A stretch of DNA of 64,000 nt from an uncultured PS1 clade bacterium (lineage in GTDB: Bacteria > Pseudomonadota > Alphaproteobacteria > MED-G09): NCBI GenBank assembly GCA_902608415.1, contig CACLNZ010000002.1, forward strand, positions 25,861 to 89,860. The letters are read 5' to 3'. Shown piece after piece: positions 1-9,535 of the stretch (positions are counted from its first letter, which is position 1; every line of letters begins with the position of its first letter). The notes below the pieces were generated by a model. It worked only from the letters and a program-made list of their open reading frames with translations. It was not told the origin of the DNA and did not search any database. The position numbers were made by a program, and so were the translations under genes.

Positions 1-392
1 TCATTATCTTTAGCAGCTTTAACGACTTCTTTAACTCTATCAATAGATCCAATATTACCTGGATTAATTCTTAAACAAGATGCGCCAGATTCTGCTGCTT
101 CTATTGCTCTTTTATAATGAAAATGAATATCAGCAACTATAGGAACATTTGTTTGATCAACTATATCTTTTAGAGCTTTTGACGACTCTTCGTCAGGACA
201 AGAAATTCTAACGAGGTCAGCGCCTGCATCCTCTAAGTCTAATACTTGTTTTATTGTTGATTTGATATCACGCGTATCAGTATTTGTCATTGATTGAACG
301 CTAATAGGCGCATCACCTCCAACAGGCATGTCTCCGACATATATTTTTCTTGTCTTGTGCCTTTTAATATCTATCCCATAAGGATTATTCAT
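1..392 (-). CDS. ispG: 4-hydroxy-3-methylbut-2-enyl diphosphate synthase, N-terminal part (gene runs off the left edge)
   Basis: Minus-strand translation from ATG at 390-392 reads [40 protein letters not shown]...RISCPD...[10 protein letters not shown]...LRINPGNIG, blocks typical of IspG/GcpE. The frame stays open to position 1. It is absent from the ORF track because it is truncated. Confidence 0.85.
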   Translation of the reverse strand, partial: MNNPYGIDIKRHKTRKIYVGDMPVGGDAPISVQSMTNTDTRDIKSTIKQVLDLEDAGADLVRISCPDEESSKALKDIVDQTNVPIVADIHFHYKRAIEAAESGASCLRINPGNIGSIDRVKEVVKAAKDN

Positions 393-422
393 TAGTTACC
401 TTTCAAACAAAATCAGATAAAT

Positions 423-1652
423 CTACCTATCTAATATAAATGACTGATGAAGCATATTAACAGCTTTTTCAGCCTGCTCTTTGCTAATAAGAATTGATAT
501 TTTAATTTCTGAAGTAGAAATAACATCAATATTTATATTATTTTCAGACAATATACTGAACATCTTAGCGGCTACACCTGCATTACTTCTCATACCAACG
601 CCAATAATGGAAATTTTAGAAATATTGCTATCCGTCAATAAACTTTCATATGGAACATCGCCTTTAATTTGTTCCATAATTTTTTCTGCGTTCAACAAAT
701 CATCTTTAGGTATTGTAAAAGTTATATCAGTTGTCCTAGAGCTCTCTGAAATATTCTGTACGATCATATCAACATTGATATTATTTTCTGAAAGAGATGA
801 GAATATTTTAGCAGCAATACCAGGTTTATCTCTTACGCCTATTAAAGTTATTTTACAATCATTGAGGCTTGAAGTTATACCTGTAACAACACGTTGGTCA
901 TTAATAACATCCTCTTCTGTAACAATAGTGCCAGCACCTTCTTTATTTTCGTTAGCAAAACTAGATAATACCCTTAAAGCAACATTATTTGTCATAGCAG
1001 TCTCAACTGATCGTGTTTGAAGAACTTTAGCTCCCAAAGATGCCATTTCTAACATTTCTTCATATGACACTTTATCAAGTCTCTTTGCTTCAGGTACTTT
1101 ATTCGGGTCAGTTGTATATACGCCATCTACATCAGTATATATGTCACAATAATCAGCGTTTATGGCTGCAGCAATTGCTACAGCTGATGTATCAGAGCCT
1201 CCTCTTCCTAGAGTTGAAACTCGTCCCTCTGATGTAATGCCTTGAAAGCCAGGAATAACGCATACTTTTTTGTCTTCAAGAATCTTATTGATAAGCTCTG
1301 ATTTTATAGCTTCAATTCTTGCAGATTTATGATCATTAGATGTCAAAATAGGAATTTGCCATCCTAAACAAGAACTTGCACCTATCCCATTTTCATTCAG
1401 TGTTGCTGCGAGCAAACCAACACTTACTTGTTCTCCAGAAGAAATAACGACATCGTATTCTTCAGGACTAAAGTCATCAGAAATATCTTTTGTGAGATTG
1501 ATTAAACGGTCTGTTTCTCCAGCCATAGCGGATAAAACGACTACAACTTCATGTCCCTCATCATATACTGATTTAACAATATTTGAGACATTTTGTATTC
1601 TATCAATACTTCCAACAGATGTTCCACCAAATTTCATAACGATACGTGACAT
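423..1652 (-). CDS. lysC: aspartate kinase
   Basis: 413-aa ORF with KFGGTSV N-terminal kinase motif and GRGGSDTSA, plus two C-terminal ACT-like repeats (SENNINVDMI / SENNINIDVI). The track start is TTG at 1664. GGAG followed by ATGATG makes 1652 or 1655 the likelier start. Confidence 0.9.
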   Translation of the reverse strand: MSRIVMKFGGTSVGSIDRIQNVSNIVKSVYDEGHEVVVVLSAMAGETDRLINLTKDISDDFSPEEYDVVISSGEQVSVGLLAATLNENGIGASSCLGWQIPILTSNDHKSARIEAIKSELINKILEDKKVCVIPGFQGITSEGRVSTLGRGGSDTSAVAIAAAINADYCDIYTDVDGVYTTDPNKVPEAKRLDKVSYEEMLEMASLGAKVLQTRSVETAMTNNVALRVLSSFANENKEGAGTIVTEEDVINDQRVVTGITSSLNDCKITLIGVRDKPGIAAKIFSSLSENNINVDMIVQNISESSRTTDITFTIPKDDLLNAEKIMEQIKGDVPYESLLTDSNISKISIIGVGMRSNAGVAAKMFSILSENNINIDVISTSEIKISILISKEQAEKAVNMLHQSFILDR

Positions 1653-1779
1653 CATGATCTCCAAAATTGTTTCAAAATTTATCCTTAATTAGTTATATAG
1701 ATTACTCTATATAAGCTGGACAAGTAATAGATAATGTATAGGACTCATAGGAGCAAGCATAAGTGAAGAAGAAATTAAG

Positions 1780-2511
1780 ATGAATACAACCATAGATCCT
1801 TTAGAAAAAGAAAAATTTTCAAAAATGGCAGAAGAGTGGTGGGACCCAACGGGAAAGTTTAAAGCCTTACATAAATTTAACCCTAAAAGGATTGAATTTA
1901 TTAGGGATAAATTGGTTGAACACTTTTCAATTGAGTCCGATCTAGAAAATCCTTTTTTAAACCTTGATATTTTAGATATTGGTTGCGGAGGTGGTCTTTT
2001 ATCTGAACCAATGTCAAGATTAGGAGCGAATGTTACAGGTATTGATATTGTAGATAAAAATATCAATGTAGCAAAAACGCATTCTGAAGAACAAAACTTA
2101 GAAATTGATTATAAAATTACAACTGCTGAAGAACTTGCATTGGGTAAGAAGAAATTTGATGTGATATTAAATATGGAAGTTATAGAACATGTAGCAGATT
2201 TAAATTTATTTATTGAGTCTTGTGAAAAATTATTGAAAAAAAATGGGCTACTTTTCTTTGCCACACTAAATAGAAATATATTGTCCTTTGGTTTAGCCAT
2301 AGTTGGTGCAGAATATATTCTTGGTTGGTTGCCTAAAGGTACCCATAATTGGAAAAAATTTATTACACCTGAGGAATTAAAAATAACCTTTAGATCAAGC
2401 GGTTTGAATATTACAGATATTATGGGAATGAAATATAACCCTATTTACGATAGTTGGTATTTATCCGAAGATACAAGTGTAAATTATCTTGGTACTGCTA
2501 TTAAATCTTAA
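1780..2511 (+). CDS. ubiG: 3-demethylubiquinol 3-O-methyltransferase
   Basis: 243 aa. EKFSKMAEEWWDPTGKFKALHKFNP N-terminus and SAM motif ILDIGCGGGLLSE are typical of UbiG. Confidence 0.85.
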   Translation: MNTTIDPLEKEKFSKMAEEWWDPTGKFKALHKFNPKRIEFIRDKLVEHFSIESDLENPFLNLDILDIGCGGGLLSEPMSRLGANVTGIDIVDKNINVAKTHSEEQNLEIDYKITTAEELALGKKKFDVILNMEVIEHVADLNLFIESCEKLLKKNGLLFFATLNRNILSFGLAIVGAEYILGWLPKGTHNWKKFITPEELKITFRSSGLNITDIMGMKYNPIYDSWYLSEDTSVNYLGTAIKS

Positions 2512-2924
2512 TTCTTAGATTTGGGATTTAAAGATGGTAAAGGCTGAACATTAATGCCTTCCTCTATAAGGTCTTTTGCTTCCTCAACTGTTGTTTCGCC
2601 ATAAATATCTTTTTGTTCTTTTTCTTCATAATGCATCGCTCTAGCTTCATCAGGAAATTTATCACCTACATATTCATAATTTTCCTTAACGTGTTTTTTG
2701 ATCTTATTCATAACCATTTCAACTTTCTTAACATCACTTTTAGGGGCTTTCTGATTAGATTTAGAAGGGATATTCGGAGCCATAATTGATTTGCTAATTT
2801 TTTTTGAACTGCAAAGAGGACATTCGACTGAAGATTTTTCTAATTGTTTTTCACAAGTATCATAGTCAGAAAACCAAGCTTCAAAATTATGTTCTTGGTC
2901 ACAAATGAGGGAGTATTTAATCAT
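2508..2924 (-). CDS. DUF1178 family zinc-ribbon protein
   Basis: 138 aa. MIKYSLICDQEHNFEAWF...CPLCSS pattern, and position overlapping grxC as in many alphaproteobacteria. Confidence 0.6.
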   Translation of the reverse strand: MIKYSLICDQEHNFEAWFSDYDTCEKQLEKSSVECPLCSSKKISKSIMAPNIPSKSNQKAPKSDVKKVEMVMNKIKKHVKENYEYVGDKFPDEARAMHYEEKEQKDIYGETTVEEAKDLIEEGINVQPLPSLNPKSKN

Positions 2925-3172
2925 GATAAAAGCTTTTCAAGATCACCACTTCTATCAATTGCATATAAATCATCATAACCACCTACATGCGTATCATTGA
3001 TAAAAATTTGAGGAACGGACCGCTTTCCATTAGCTTTTTCAATCATTTCCATCATGAGATCTGGATTATCGCCAACATATATTTCTTGATAATCTAAACT
3101 TTTACTTTGTAGTAAAGCCTTCGCTTTTTCACAATAAGGGCACATAGGTCCAGTATAAATTATAATATTCAT
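2921..3172 (-). CDS. grxC: glutaredoxin 3
   Basis: 83 aa with CPYC active site and SVPQIFI..HVGGYDDL glutaredoxin signature. Confidence 0.85.
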   Translation of the reverse strand: MNIIIYTGPMCPYCEKAKALLQSKSLDYQEIYVGDNPDLMMEMIEKANGKRSVPQIFINDTHVGGYDDLYAIDRSGDLEKLLS

Positions 3173-3244
3173 TTCATCCTCTATGCTTATAATATGGTAA
3201 ATTGGTAATTAAATTCAAGATTTCTTAATAAAAAGAGTTATTTG

Positions 3245-4075
3245 ATGCACAACAGAAGACTTATAAAGATTAGGCAAGAAAAAGAAAATATAAACAATTT
3301 CGAAGAAAAAATCTTTTTCAAAGACTATCAAAATGATTTTGTTGAGAGAATTTCACTCATTAATGAAAATTTTGAAAAGTCTCTTGCGTTTGGTTTTCGA
3401 GGATCAAAAATAGAATTTCCAAAGAATGTAAAAAATGTAATTTATGGAAATCTTGGAAAAAGTAATAAAACAAATATTATCTACGATGAAGAGTTAATAC
3501 CCTTTAAAGAGTCATCATTAGATTTAATTATGAGCTTCTTTAATCTTCATTTTGCAAATGATGTACCGGGTATTCTTTATCAAACATTAAGAAGTCTAAA
3601 GCCAAATGGCTTATTTATAGCCTCTATGTTTTGTGGAAATACTCTGCAAGAACTCAATTATTCTTTTATTAAAGCCGAGGAGGAGATTTGCGGAGGAATG
3701 AGTCCAAGAGTAAGTCCTTTTGGTGAGTTACAAGCTTTAGCTTCATTAATGCAGGAAATAAATTTTTCTCTACCAGTTGCTGATATTGATCGTCATTCTG
3801 TCTATTATAAACATCCCTCAAATTTATTAACCGACTTAAAAAACCTTGGGGAAACAAACTCCCTTCTAAGAATGAATAAATCAGTCTTAAGAAAAGATGT
3901 TTTGAATAGAATGTATGAAATTTATATCGATAATTTTTCCAAAGATGGAAAAATTGTTGCCACTTTTGAAATAGCTTGGCTGACGGGATGGAAATATCAT
4001 GAAAGTCAGCAAAAACCTCTTAAGAGAGGATCAGGAATGACTAATATGGTTGAGGGCGTAAAAAAATTTGAATAA
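3245..4075 (+). CDS. class I SAM-dependent methyltransferase (NDUFAF5-like)
   Basis: 277-aa ORF. The C-terminal half resembles methyltransferase type 11 proteins that follow grxC in alphaproteobacteria. ATG at 3245 is preferred over TTG at 3242. Confidence 0.55.
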   Translation: MHNRRLIKIRQEKENINNFEEKIFFKDYQNDFVERISLINENFEKSLAFGFRGSKIEFPKNVKNVIYGNLGKSNKTNIIYDEELIPFKESSLDLIMSFFNLHFANDVPGILYQTLRSLKPNGLFIASMFCGNTLQELNYSFIKAEEEICGGMSPRVSPFGELQALASLMQEINFSLPVADIDRHSVYYKHPSNLLTDLKNLGETNSLLRMNKSVLRKDVLNRMYEIYIDNFSKDGKIVATFEIAWLTGWKYHESQQKPLKRGSGMTNMVEGVKKFE

Positions 4076-4080
4076 AAGAA

Positions 4081-5658
4081 TTAGAGCTTACTTTGAATAG
4101 CCTTATCAATGAGATCAATAACTTCTTTAACACCATAAAGGATAATAAATGAACCCAATCTTGGTCCTTGCGTTTGTCCAAGAAGAATTTCATATAAAGC
4201 AGAAAACCAATCCTTCAAAGAATCAAAATGACTATTCATTCCAATATCATAAATTATAGTTTGAATTTTCTCAGGATCAGTTTCATTTTCCATCTCTAGA
4301 AGGTTTTCTTTAAGAGTTTTAAGATATTCAATCTCTTGTTTTTCTGGTTTACGATATTTTTTAGTAGGTAAAACAAAGTCCTTGTAATATTCCAATGCGA
4401 AAACAACTAATTGATCAATATATTGACTGGCCTCTTCAGTAATATCGTCAAAATATCCCTTTATAAAACCCCAGATTACTTCTTTGCTGCTGGCTTGAGA
4501 GGCGCTAACGAGATTTAAAATCAGTGAAAATGTAACCGGACTTTCAATTATTATTGGATTACCGTCATGAATATGAAAAACAGGATTACTTAATTGATCT
4601 TTTGCTTCTTGGTTAGGATATTTTTCTGAAAAACTTTGATATTCATCTACAGCTTTAGGAATAACATCAAATGTTAGTTTTTTTGCTCTTCTTGGATTCT
4701 GATACATATATAAAATGAGACTTTCTTTTGAAGCAAATTTAAGCCAGTCATCTATTGAAATACCATTACCCTTAGATTTGGATATCTTTTCACCTTTTTC
4801 ATCAAAAAATAATTCATAATTGAAACCAACTGGAGCAAAACCTCCAATTGCCTTACATATTTTTCCTGAAAGAGTTACAGATTCAATTAAGTCTTTTCCT
4901 GCCATCTCATAATCAACATCTAATGCAACCCAACGCATTGCCCAATCAGCCTTCCATTGTAATTTACATTTACCACCTAAAATGGATGTCTCTTTTTCTT
5001 CTTGCGTATTTGGATGCTCATATAAAATTGATTTTTCTTTGGTATTATAATCTAAAACTTTTGCGAGGAGCACCTGTCCAGTGTCCGGACAAATAGGAAG
5101 AAAAGGTGAATAAGTTTTTTTTCTTTCCTCACCTATCGTTGGTAAAATGATATTTATAATTGCTTCATAATTTTCTAAGATCTTAGATAATGTCTTATCA
5201 AAATTACCATTCTTGTAATAATCTGTTGCACTAGCAAATTCATATTCAAAACCAAATTGATCGAGAAACTCTTTTAATAAATTATTATTATGATCAGCAA
5301 AACTTGAAAATTTATTATATGGATCAGGAATATCTGATAATGGCTTTTCTAAATTTTCAGATAATATTTCAGAATTTGGAATATTATCTGGGACTTTTCT
5401 TAATGCATCCATGTCATCAGAAAAACATATTAATTTTGTTTCGATGCTTTTATCTAATACCTTAAGAGCATGCCTAACCATTGATGTCCGAGCAACTTCT
5501 CCAAAAGTACCTATATGAGGTAAACCTGAAGCTCCATAACCAGTTTCAAACACGGCACTATTGGAACCTGACTTTTCAAGGCGCTTTAAAATTTTTCTTG
5601 CCTCTTCGAAAGGCCATGACTTGCTTTCTTGGGCTACAGATATTATTGATTTATTCAT
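4081..5658 (-). CDS. lysS: lysine--tRNA ligase, class I
   Basis: 525 aa with HIGH-like LPHIGTFGE and KMSKS-like KISKSKGNG motifs. The length and architecture match class I LysRS, which is typical of alphaproteobacteria. Confidence 0.9.
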   Translation of the reverse strand: MNKSIISVAQESKSWPFEEARKILKRLEKSGSNSAVFETGYGASGLPHIGTFGEVARTSMVRHALKVLDKSIETKLICFSDDMDALRKVPDNIPNSEILSENLEKPLSDIPDPYNKFSSFADHNNNLLKEFLDQFGFEYEFASATDYYKNGNFDKTLSKILENYEAIINIILPTIGEERKKTYSPFLPICPDTGQVLLAKVLDYNTKEKSILYEHPNTQEEKETSILGGKCKLQWKADWAMRWVALDVDYEMAGKDLIESVTLSGKICKAIGGFAPVGFNYELFFDEKGEKISKSKGNGISIDDWLKFASKESLILYMYQNPRRAKKLTFDVIPKAVDEYQSFSEKYPNQEAKDQLSNPVFHIHDGNPIIIESPVTFSLILNLVSASQASSKEVIWGFIKGYFDDITEEASQYIDQLVVFALEYYKDFVLPTKKYRKPEKQEIEYLKTLKENLLEMENETDPEKIQTIIYDIGMNSHFDSLKDWFSALYEILLGQTQGPRLGSFIILYGVKEVIDLIDKAIQSKL

Positions 5659-6064
5659 GACATTATTAAATCCAAACGATGCTCTTATTTATAGCATGAC
5701 TCTATCTTCTGCAATAGATGGGGAAATATCAAACAAAGAGATGCAATTTATACAGACTTGTATCAATAATTTACCAATCTTCAAAAACTATAATAGTGAG
5801 GACTTAGAAAAAACATTAAGTATGTTTTTTGAATTATTAAGTGGCGATAATGATCCAGAGACAATTATAGAATTAATTGACCAGGCTTTAGATAAAAAAA
5901 ATAAATATATCGCATATGCTTTATCTGTAGAGATTATGATGGTTGAAGAAAACTTCACTAATGAAAAGTTACGCTTATTAGAGTTACTTGAAAAAAACTT
6001 TGAAATTAATGATCTTGAATCAGCATCAATTAAATATACAATCAAGACTAAGTACTCTGATTAA
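5657..6064 (+). CDS. TerB-like (tellurite-resistance/DjlA N-domain-like) small protein
   Basis: The ORF track starts at 5561 inside lysS. The first ATG outside lysS is 5657 (MTLLNPNDALIYSMTLSSAIDGEISNKEM...), a helical pattern resembling TerB-family domains. Confidence 0.45.
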   Translation: MTLLNPNDALIYSMTLSSAIDGEISNKEMQFIQTCINNLPIFKNYNSEDLEKTLSMFFELLSGDNDPETIIELIDQALDKKNKYIAYALSVEIMMVEENFTNEKLRLLELLEKNFEINDLESASIKYTIKTKYSD

Positions 6065-6080
6065 ATCAAAAGGGAATGTC

Positions 6081-6830
6081 ATGAACTTGATCTTTTTCAA
6101 ACCTAGAAATATCGGCTTTTTAATGCGTATGATTAAAGAGAGACTGCTAGAATTGTTTCTAAAAAGAGAAGATTTGGCTTCTGATGTTAGAAACTATGTC
6201 TTAAATAATGCAAAAAAGAATGATCCCGATAGTGTGCTAAATACAATGGATGAATTTGCAAAAAGAAAAAGATTTTTGATGAATGTTGGAGATGTTAAAG
6301 GCAAAATTTTAACAGATGAAATTAAAAAGTTAGGATCAAATCTAACTATCTTAGAGCTTGGATGTTTTTGCGGTTATTCAGCCATATTGATGGCCAAGAC
6401 TCTTGAGGAACAAGGTAAAGTCATTTCCATAGAAATTAGTAAACATTATGCCAAAATCGCAAATGAAATAATCGAATTTTCTGGCCTAAAAAACAAAGTT
6501 ATTATTATAGAAGGACCATCAGAAAAAATAATCCCAACACTACGATATGAATTCGATCTTGTTTTTATTGATCATTGGAAAGATTTATACAAAAGAGATC
6601 TTCAGCTAATCGAAAAAAGAGGTTTATTAAAAAATCAATCAATTGTATTTGCAGATAATGTTGGGAGTCTCATTGAAGCATTAGTAGGTAAAAGGGGTAA
6701 ATCAACAGATTATCTAGAATATGTAAGAAACCATAAGAATTTTCAGAGTAAAAATATAAATACAAACCTAGAATATTCTAATGCTGAAGATGCCGTAGAA
6801 ATATCAACCTATAATATGAGCAATGAGTAA
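6081..6830 (+). CDS. catechol O-methyltransferase-like class I SAM methyltransferase
   Basis: From ATG 6081 (MNLIFFKPRN...). The blocks MNVGDVKGKI, LELGCFCGYSA, IDHWKD, ADNV and LEY line up with my recollection of animal COMT (MNVGDKKGKI, LELGAYCGYSA, LDHWKD, ADNV, LEY). Confidence 0.7.
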   Translation: MNLIFFKPRNIGFLMRMIKERLLELFLKREDLASDVRNYVLNNAKKNDPDSVLNTMDEFAKRKRFLMNVGDVKGKILTDEIKKLGSNLTILELGCFCGYSAILMAKTLEEQGKVISIEISKHYAKIANEIIEFSGLKNKVIIIEGPSEKIIPTLRYEFDLVFIDHWKDLYKRDLQLIEKRGLLKNQSIVFADNVGSLIEALVGKRGKSTDYLEYVRNHKNFQSKNINTNLEYSNAEDAVEISTYNMSNE

Positions 6831-6833
6831 ATA

Positions 6834-8003
6834 TTATATCTGCTTGAAGTGCTTCGAGAGTTTTAAGCCTTGTTTCTGATAGTTAGAGCCTATTGACGAT
6901 CCATAAGACCTTTCAGGTAGTTCTAGAAGTCGTTCATAAATCAATCTTCCAACAATTTGTGAATCCTCAAGGATGAATGGTACTTCCCAACTCCTAATTT
7001 CCAAAACAGCTTTAGACCCTTTACCTTCTGATGAATTGTGACCAAAACCTGGATCAAAAAAACCAGCATAATGAACTCTGAATTCACCTACCGATGGTTT
7101 AAACGGTACCATTTCAGCAGCATGACTTGGAGGTATAGCAATAGATTCAGATGAAGATAAAATATAAAACTCTCCAGGATCAAGAATAATTCTTTGACCT
7201 TCAGTTGCAAAAACAGGATCCCAATACTTTTCCATATCATAGGCATCTTTTTTATCTATATCTATTAAACCAGCATGCCGCTTTGCTTTCCAACCAACTA
7301 TATCTTTTGTGGCCTCTCCTTTTAGATCAACAGATAATGCCAGGCCCTCAGATATATTAACCTTTCCATCATAAACAATATTGTCTTCTGAGTGTAATCT
7401 CTTAAGCTCAGTATCAGAATTTGTTGGTCTTCCTCGCCTAAATCTCATTTGACTTAATCGTGAACCTTTTCTAACTATTACTGGGAAAGTTCTAGGTGAA
7501 ATCTCAAGCCAAAGATGGCCTTTATAACCATTTGGTATTTTGTCAAATTCATGAGTTCCATCACATATTAATCTTGTAAAAACATCTATTCTTCCAGTAG
7601 AACTTTTAGGATTTGCAACAGCAATTATTCTTTCTGGAAGGGATAAAGCCTCCATTAATGGGACAAGATATACGCAACCAGTTTCAAGAACGGCGCCATC
7701 TGTAATATCAATTCTGTGTAGAGCAAAATCTTTTAATTTTCTATTCACAGAACCACCTGATGGTAAAAAACTTGCCCTAATTCTATATGCTGTATCTGCT
7801 AATCTTAAATCTAGGCTCGCAGGTTGAATTTGTTCATCATTTATTTCTCCTTGAGACCAAATTTCACCATTTTCAATCATCGAGCGGATCATTTGACCCG
7901 GCAGCACTCCAGAAATCTGAGCTTTTTGTCCTGGTGCTCCATCAAAGTCATTTGTTGTCTCTGTTGTATCAGGAAATAAATCTGGTATTTTCTTTTCTGC
8001 CAT
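6834..8003 (-). CDS. dcd: 2'-deoxycytidine 5'-triphosphate deaminase, long (about 370-390 aa) form
   Basis: 389 aa. Beta-clip dUTPase-superfamily-like blocks (HYAGFFDPGFG, LEIS) and a length typical of the alphaproteobacterial long Dcd family. Confidence 0.7.
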   Translation of the reverse strand: MAEKKIPDLFPDTTETTNDFDGAPGQKAQISGVLPGQMIRSMIENGEIWSQGEINDEQIQPASLDLRLADTAYRIRASFLPSGGSVNRKLKDFALHRIDITDGAVLETGCVYLVPLMEALSLPERIIAVANPKSSTGRIDVFTRLICDGTHEFDKIPNGYKGHLWLEISPRTFPVIVRKGSRLSQMRFRRGRPTNSDTELKRLHSEDNIVYDGKVNISEGLALSVDLKGEATKDIVGWKAKRHAGLIDIDKKDAYDMEKYWDPVFATEGQRIILDPGEFYILSSSESIAIPPSHAAEMVPFKPSVGEFRVHYAGFFDPGFGHNSSEGKGSKAVLEIRSWEVPFILEDSQIVGRLIYERLLELPERSYGSSIGSNYQKQGLKLSKHFKQI

Positions 8004-8074
8004 CTTTTAAGCGATCCTAAAAAACTATATTAATTTAGTATATGAGTATAAAACATAATTAAAATAATAATATA

Positions 8075-9532
8075 ATGAATATTGCAACAATTGATATAAG
8101 ACCCGTTCTATCAGTCTTGGGATTTTTTCTCCTAGGATTGTCTGCAACTATGTTTGTTCCAGCAATAGTTGATCTGATCTATAATAATTCTGGATGGGAT
8201 AATTTTGTTATCAGCTCAATTATCACTAGTTTTGTTGGGTTAATGTTCTTTCTTGTATCAAGAGGGAATAAAAGTGAATTAAATACAAAAAGTGCTTTTC
8301 TTCTTGTTACCTTAAGCTGGATTGTTTTATCAATTTTCTCTTCTGTTCCTTTTCTTCTTTCAACGAATGTTACAGGTATAACTAATGCATTTTTTGAGTC
8401 TGTATCAGGATTAACAACTACTGGCTCTACAATAATTGATGATATTGAAAGTACTTCAGAAGGCATAATTGTCTGGAGAAGCCTTTTACAGTGGTTAGGC
8501 GGTATTGGTATAATTGTCAGTGCTATTTCTATTCTTCCTAGTCTTGGCGTCGGTGGTATGCAGTTGTTTAAATTGGAAAGCTCTGACTCGACAGAAAAAC
8601 TAATGCCGAGAACAGCAAATTTAGCTACCGAAATAATTTTTTTATATATTTTATTAACATCAATATGTACGACACTTTATTGGGTATGCGGTCTATCTTT
8701 TTTCGACTCTGCAAATCATGCAATGACAACTATTGCTACAGGTGGCTTCTCATCTAATTCTCAATCAATAGGGGGTTATAATAATTTCTCAATAGAATAT
8801 GTTTGTATTCTTTTCATGATTCTCTCTAGCCTTCCATTTGTTCTTTATCTCAAAACACTTAGAGGTAAGCCTTTAGCGTTGATTAAAGATGAGCAAGTAA
8901 CTGGTTTCTTTAAAACTTTATTCTTAGCAATCATTTTAATCGCAGTTTTTTTATTGGTTCAAAATAATTTTGAATTACAGATTCCTCTTAGACAAATTAT
9001 ATTCAATGTTACATCAATTCTAACTGGCACTGGATACACTTCAACATCATATGATCAATGGGGAACGCCAGCAATTATCGTGTTTCTTGCTATTACATTT
9101 ATTGGAGGCTGTGCAGGTTCAACTACTTGCGGGTTAAAGGTTTTCAGACTACAGGTCATATTAAAAAATTCTGGGCAGGTTATGAATAAATTAATAAGTC
9201 CAAATCGTGTGACAAATCATAAATATAATGGTGAAAACTTAACTTTAGAGATCGTTGAATCTGTTATGACATTTTTATTTATATTCTTCGTAACTTTCGT
9301 AATTATTTCATTTCTTCTCTCATTATCTGGTCTGGATATTTTAACATCAGTATCTGCAGCTGCTACATCGATATCAAATGTTGGACCAGGGCTTGGAAAT
9401 TTAATTGGACCAGCTTACAGCTTCGAAGAGATACCAGAATTTTCAAAGTGGGTTTTATCTTTTGGCATGCTGGCTGGGAGATTAGAATTTTTAACTTTTC
9501 TTGTTATTTTTAGTCGTTCTTTTTGGAAATAA
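8075..9532 (+). CDS. trkH: Trk-type potassium uptake protein TrkH
   Basis: 485 aa, multi-pass membrane protein with repeated pore-loop-like segments (TTTGST, TGGFS, TGTGYT, NVGPGLG). Confidence 0.85.
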   Translation: MNIATIDIRPVLSVLGFFLLGLSATMFVPAIVDLIYNNSGWDNFVISSIITSFVGLMFFLVSRGNKSELNTKSAFLLVTLSWIVLSIFSSVPFLLSTNVTGITNAFFESVSGLTTTGSTIIDDIESTSEGIIVWRSLLQWLGGIGIIVSAISILPSLGVGGMQLFKLESSDSTEKLMPRTANLATEIIFLYILLTSICTTLYWVCGLSFFDSANHAMTTIATGGFSSNSQSIGGYNNFSIEYVCILFMILSSLPFVLYLKTLRGKPLALIKDEQVTGFFKTLFLAIILIAVFLLVQNNFELQIPLRQIIFNVTSILTGTGYTSTSYDQWGTPAIIVFLAITFIGGCAGSTTCGLKVFRLQVILKNSGQVMNKLISPNRVTNHKYNGENLTLEIVESVMTFLFIFFVTFVIISFLLSLSGLDILTSVSAAATSISNVGPGLGNLIGPAYSFEEIPEFSKWVLSFGMLAGRLEFLTFLVIFSRSFWK

Positions 9533-9535
9533 AAC

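Noticed and set aside
481-1020. Long ORFs antisense to or overlapping well-supported genes. Examples: 481-1020, 1707-2066, 8179-8466, 10415-10693, 26122-26433, 29158-29517, 38396-38701, 43739-44038, 44148-44480, 53050-53427, 58452-58745.
   Set aside because: Each lies entirely within a gene with clear family motifs on the other strand or frame. Their translations are low-complexity or Leu/Ile/Ser/Phe-rich, as expected for shadow frames of AT-rich coding DNA, and they have no SD or recognisable domains.
1665-1779. Possible lysine riboswitch or attenuator upstream of lysC.
   Set aside because: The divergent lysC/ubiG spacer is only about 115 nt, AT-rich, and shows none of the conserved lysine-riboswitch helices or G+C-rich core.
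5561-5656. Upstream extension of the TerB-like ORF (track start 5561) and of the COMT-like ORF (track start 5988).
   Set aside because: The extensions run antisense through lysS or through the end of the preceding gene and add non-homologous sequence. The downstream ATGs at 5657 and 6081 give sensible N-termini.
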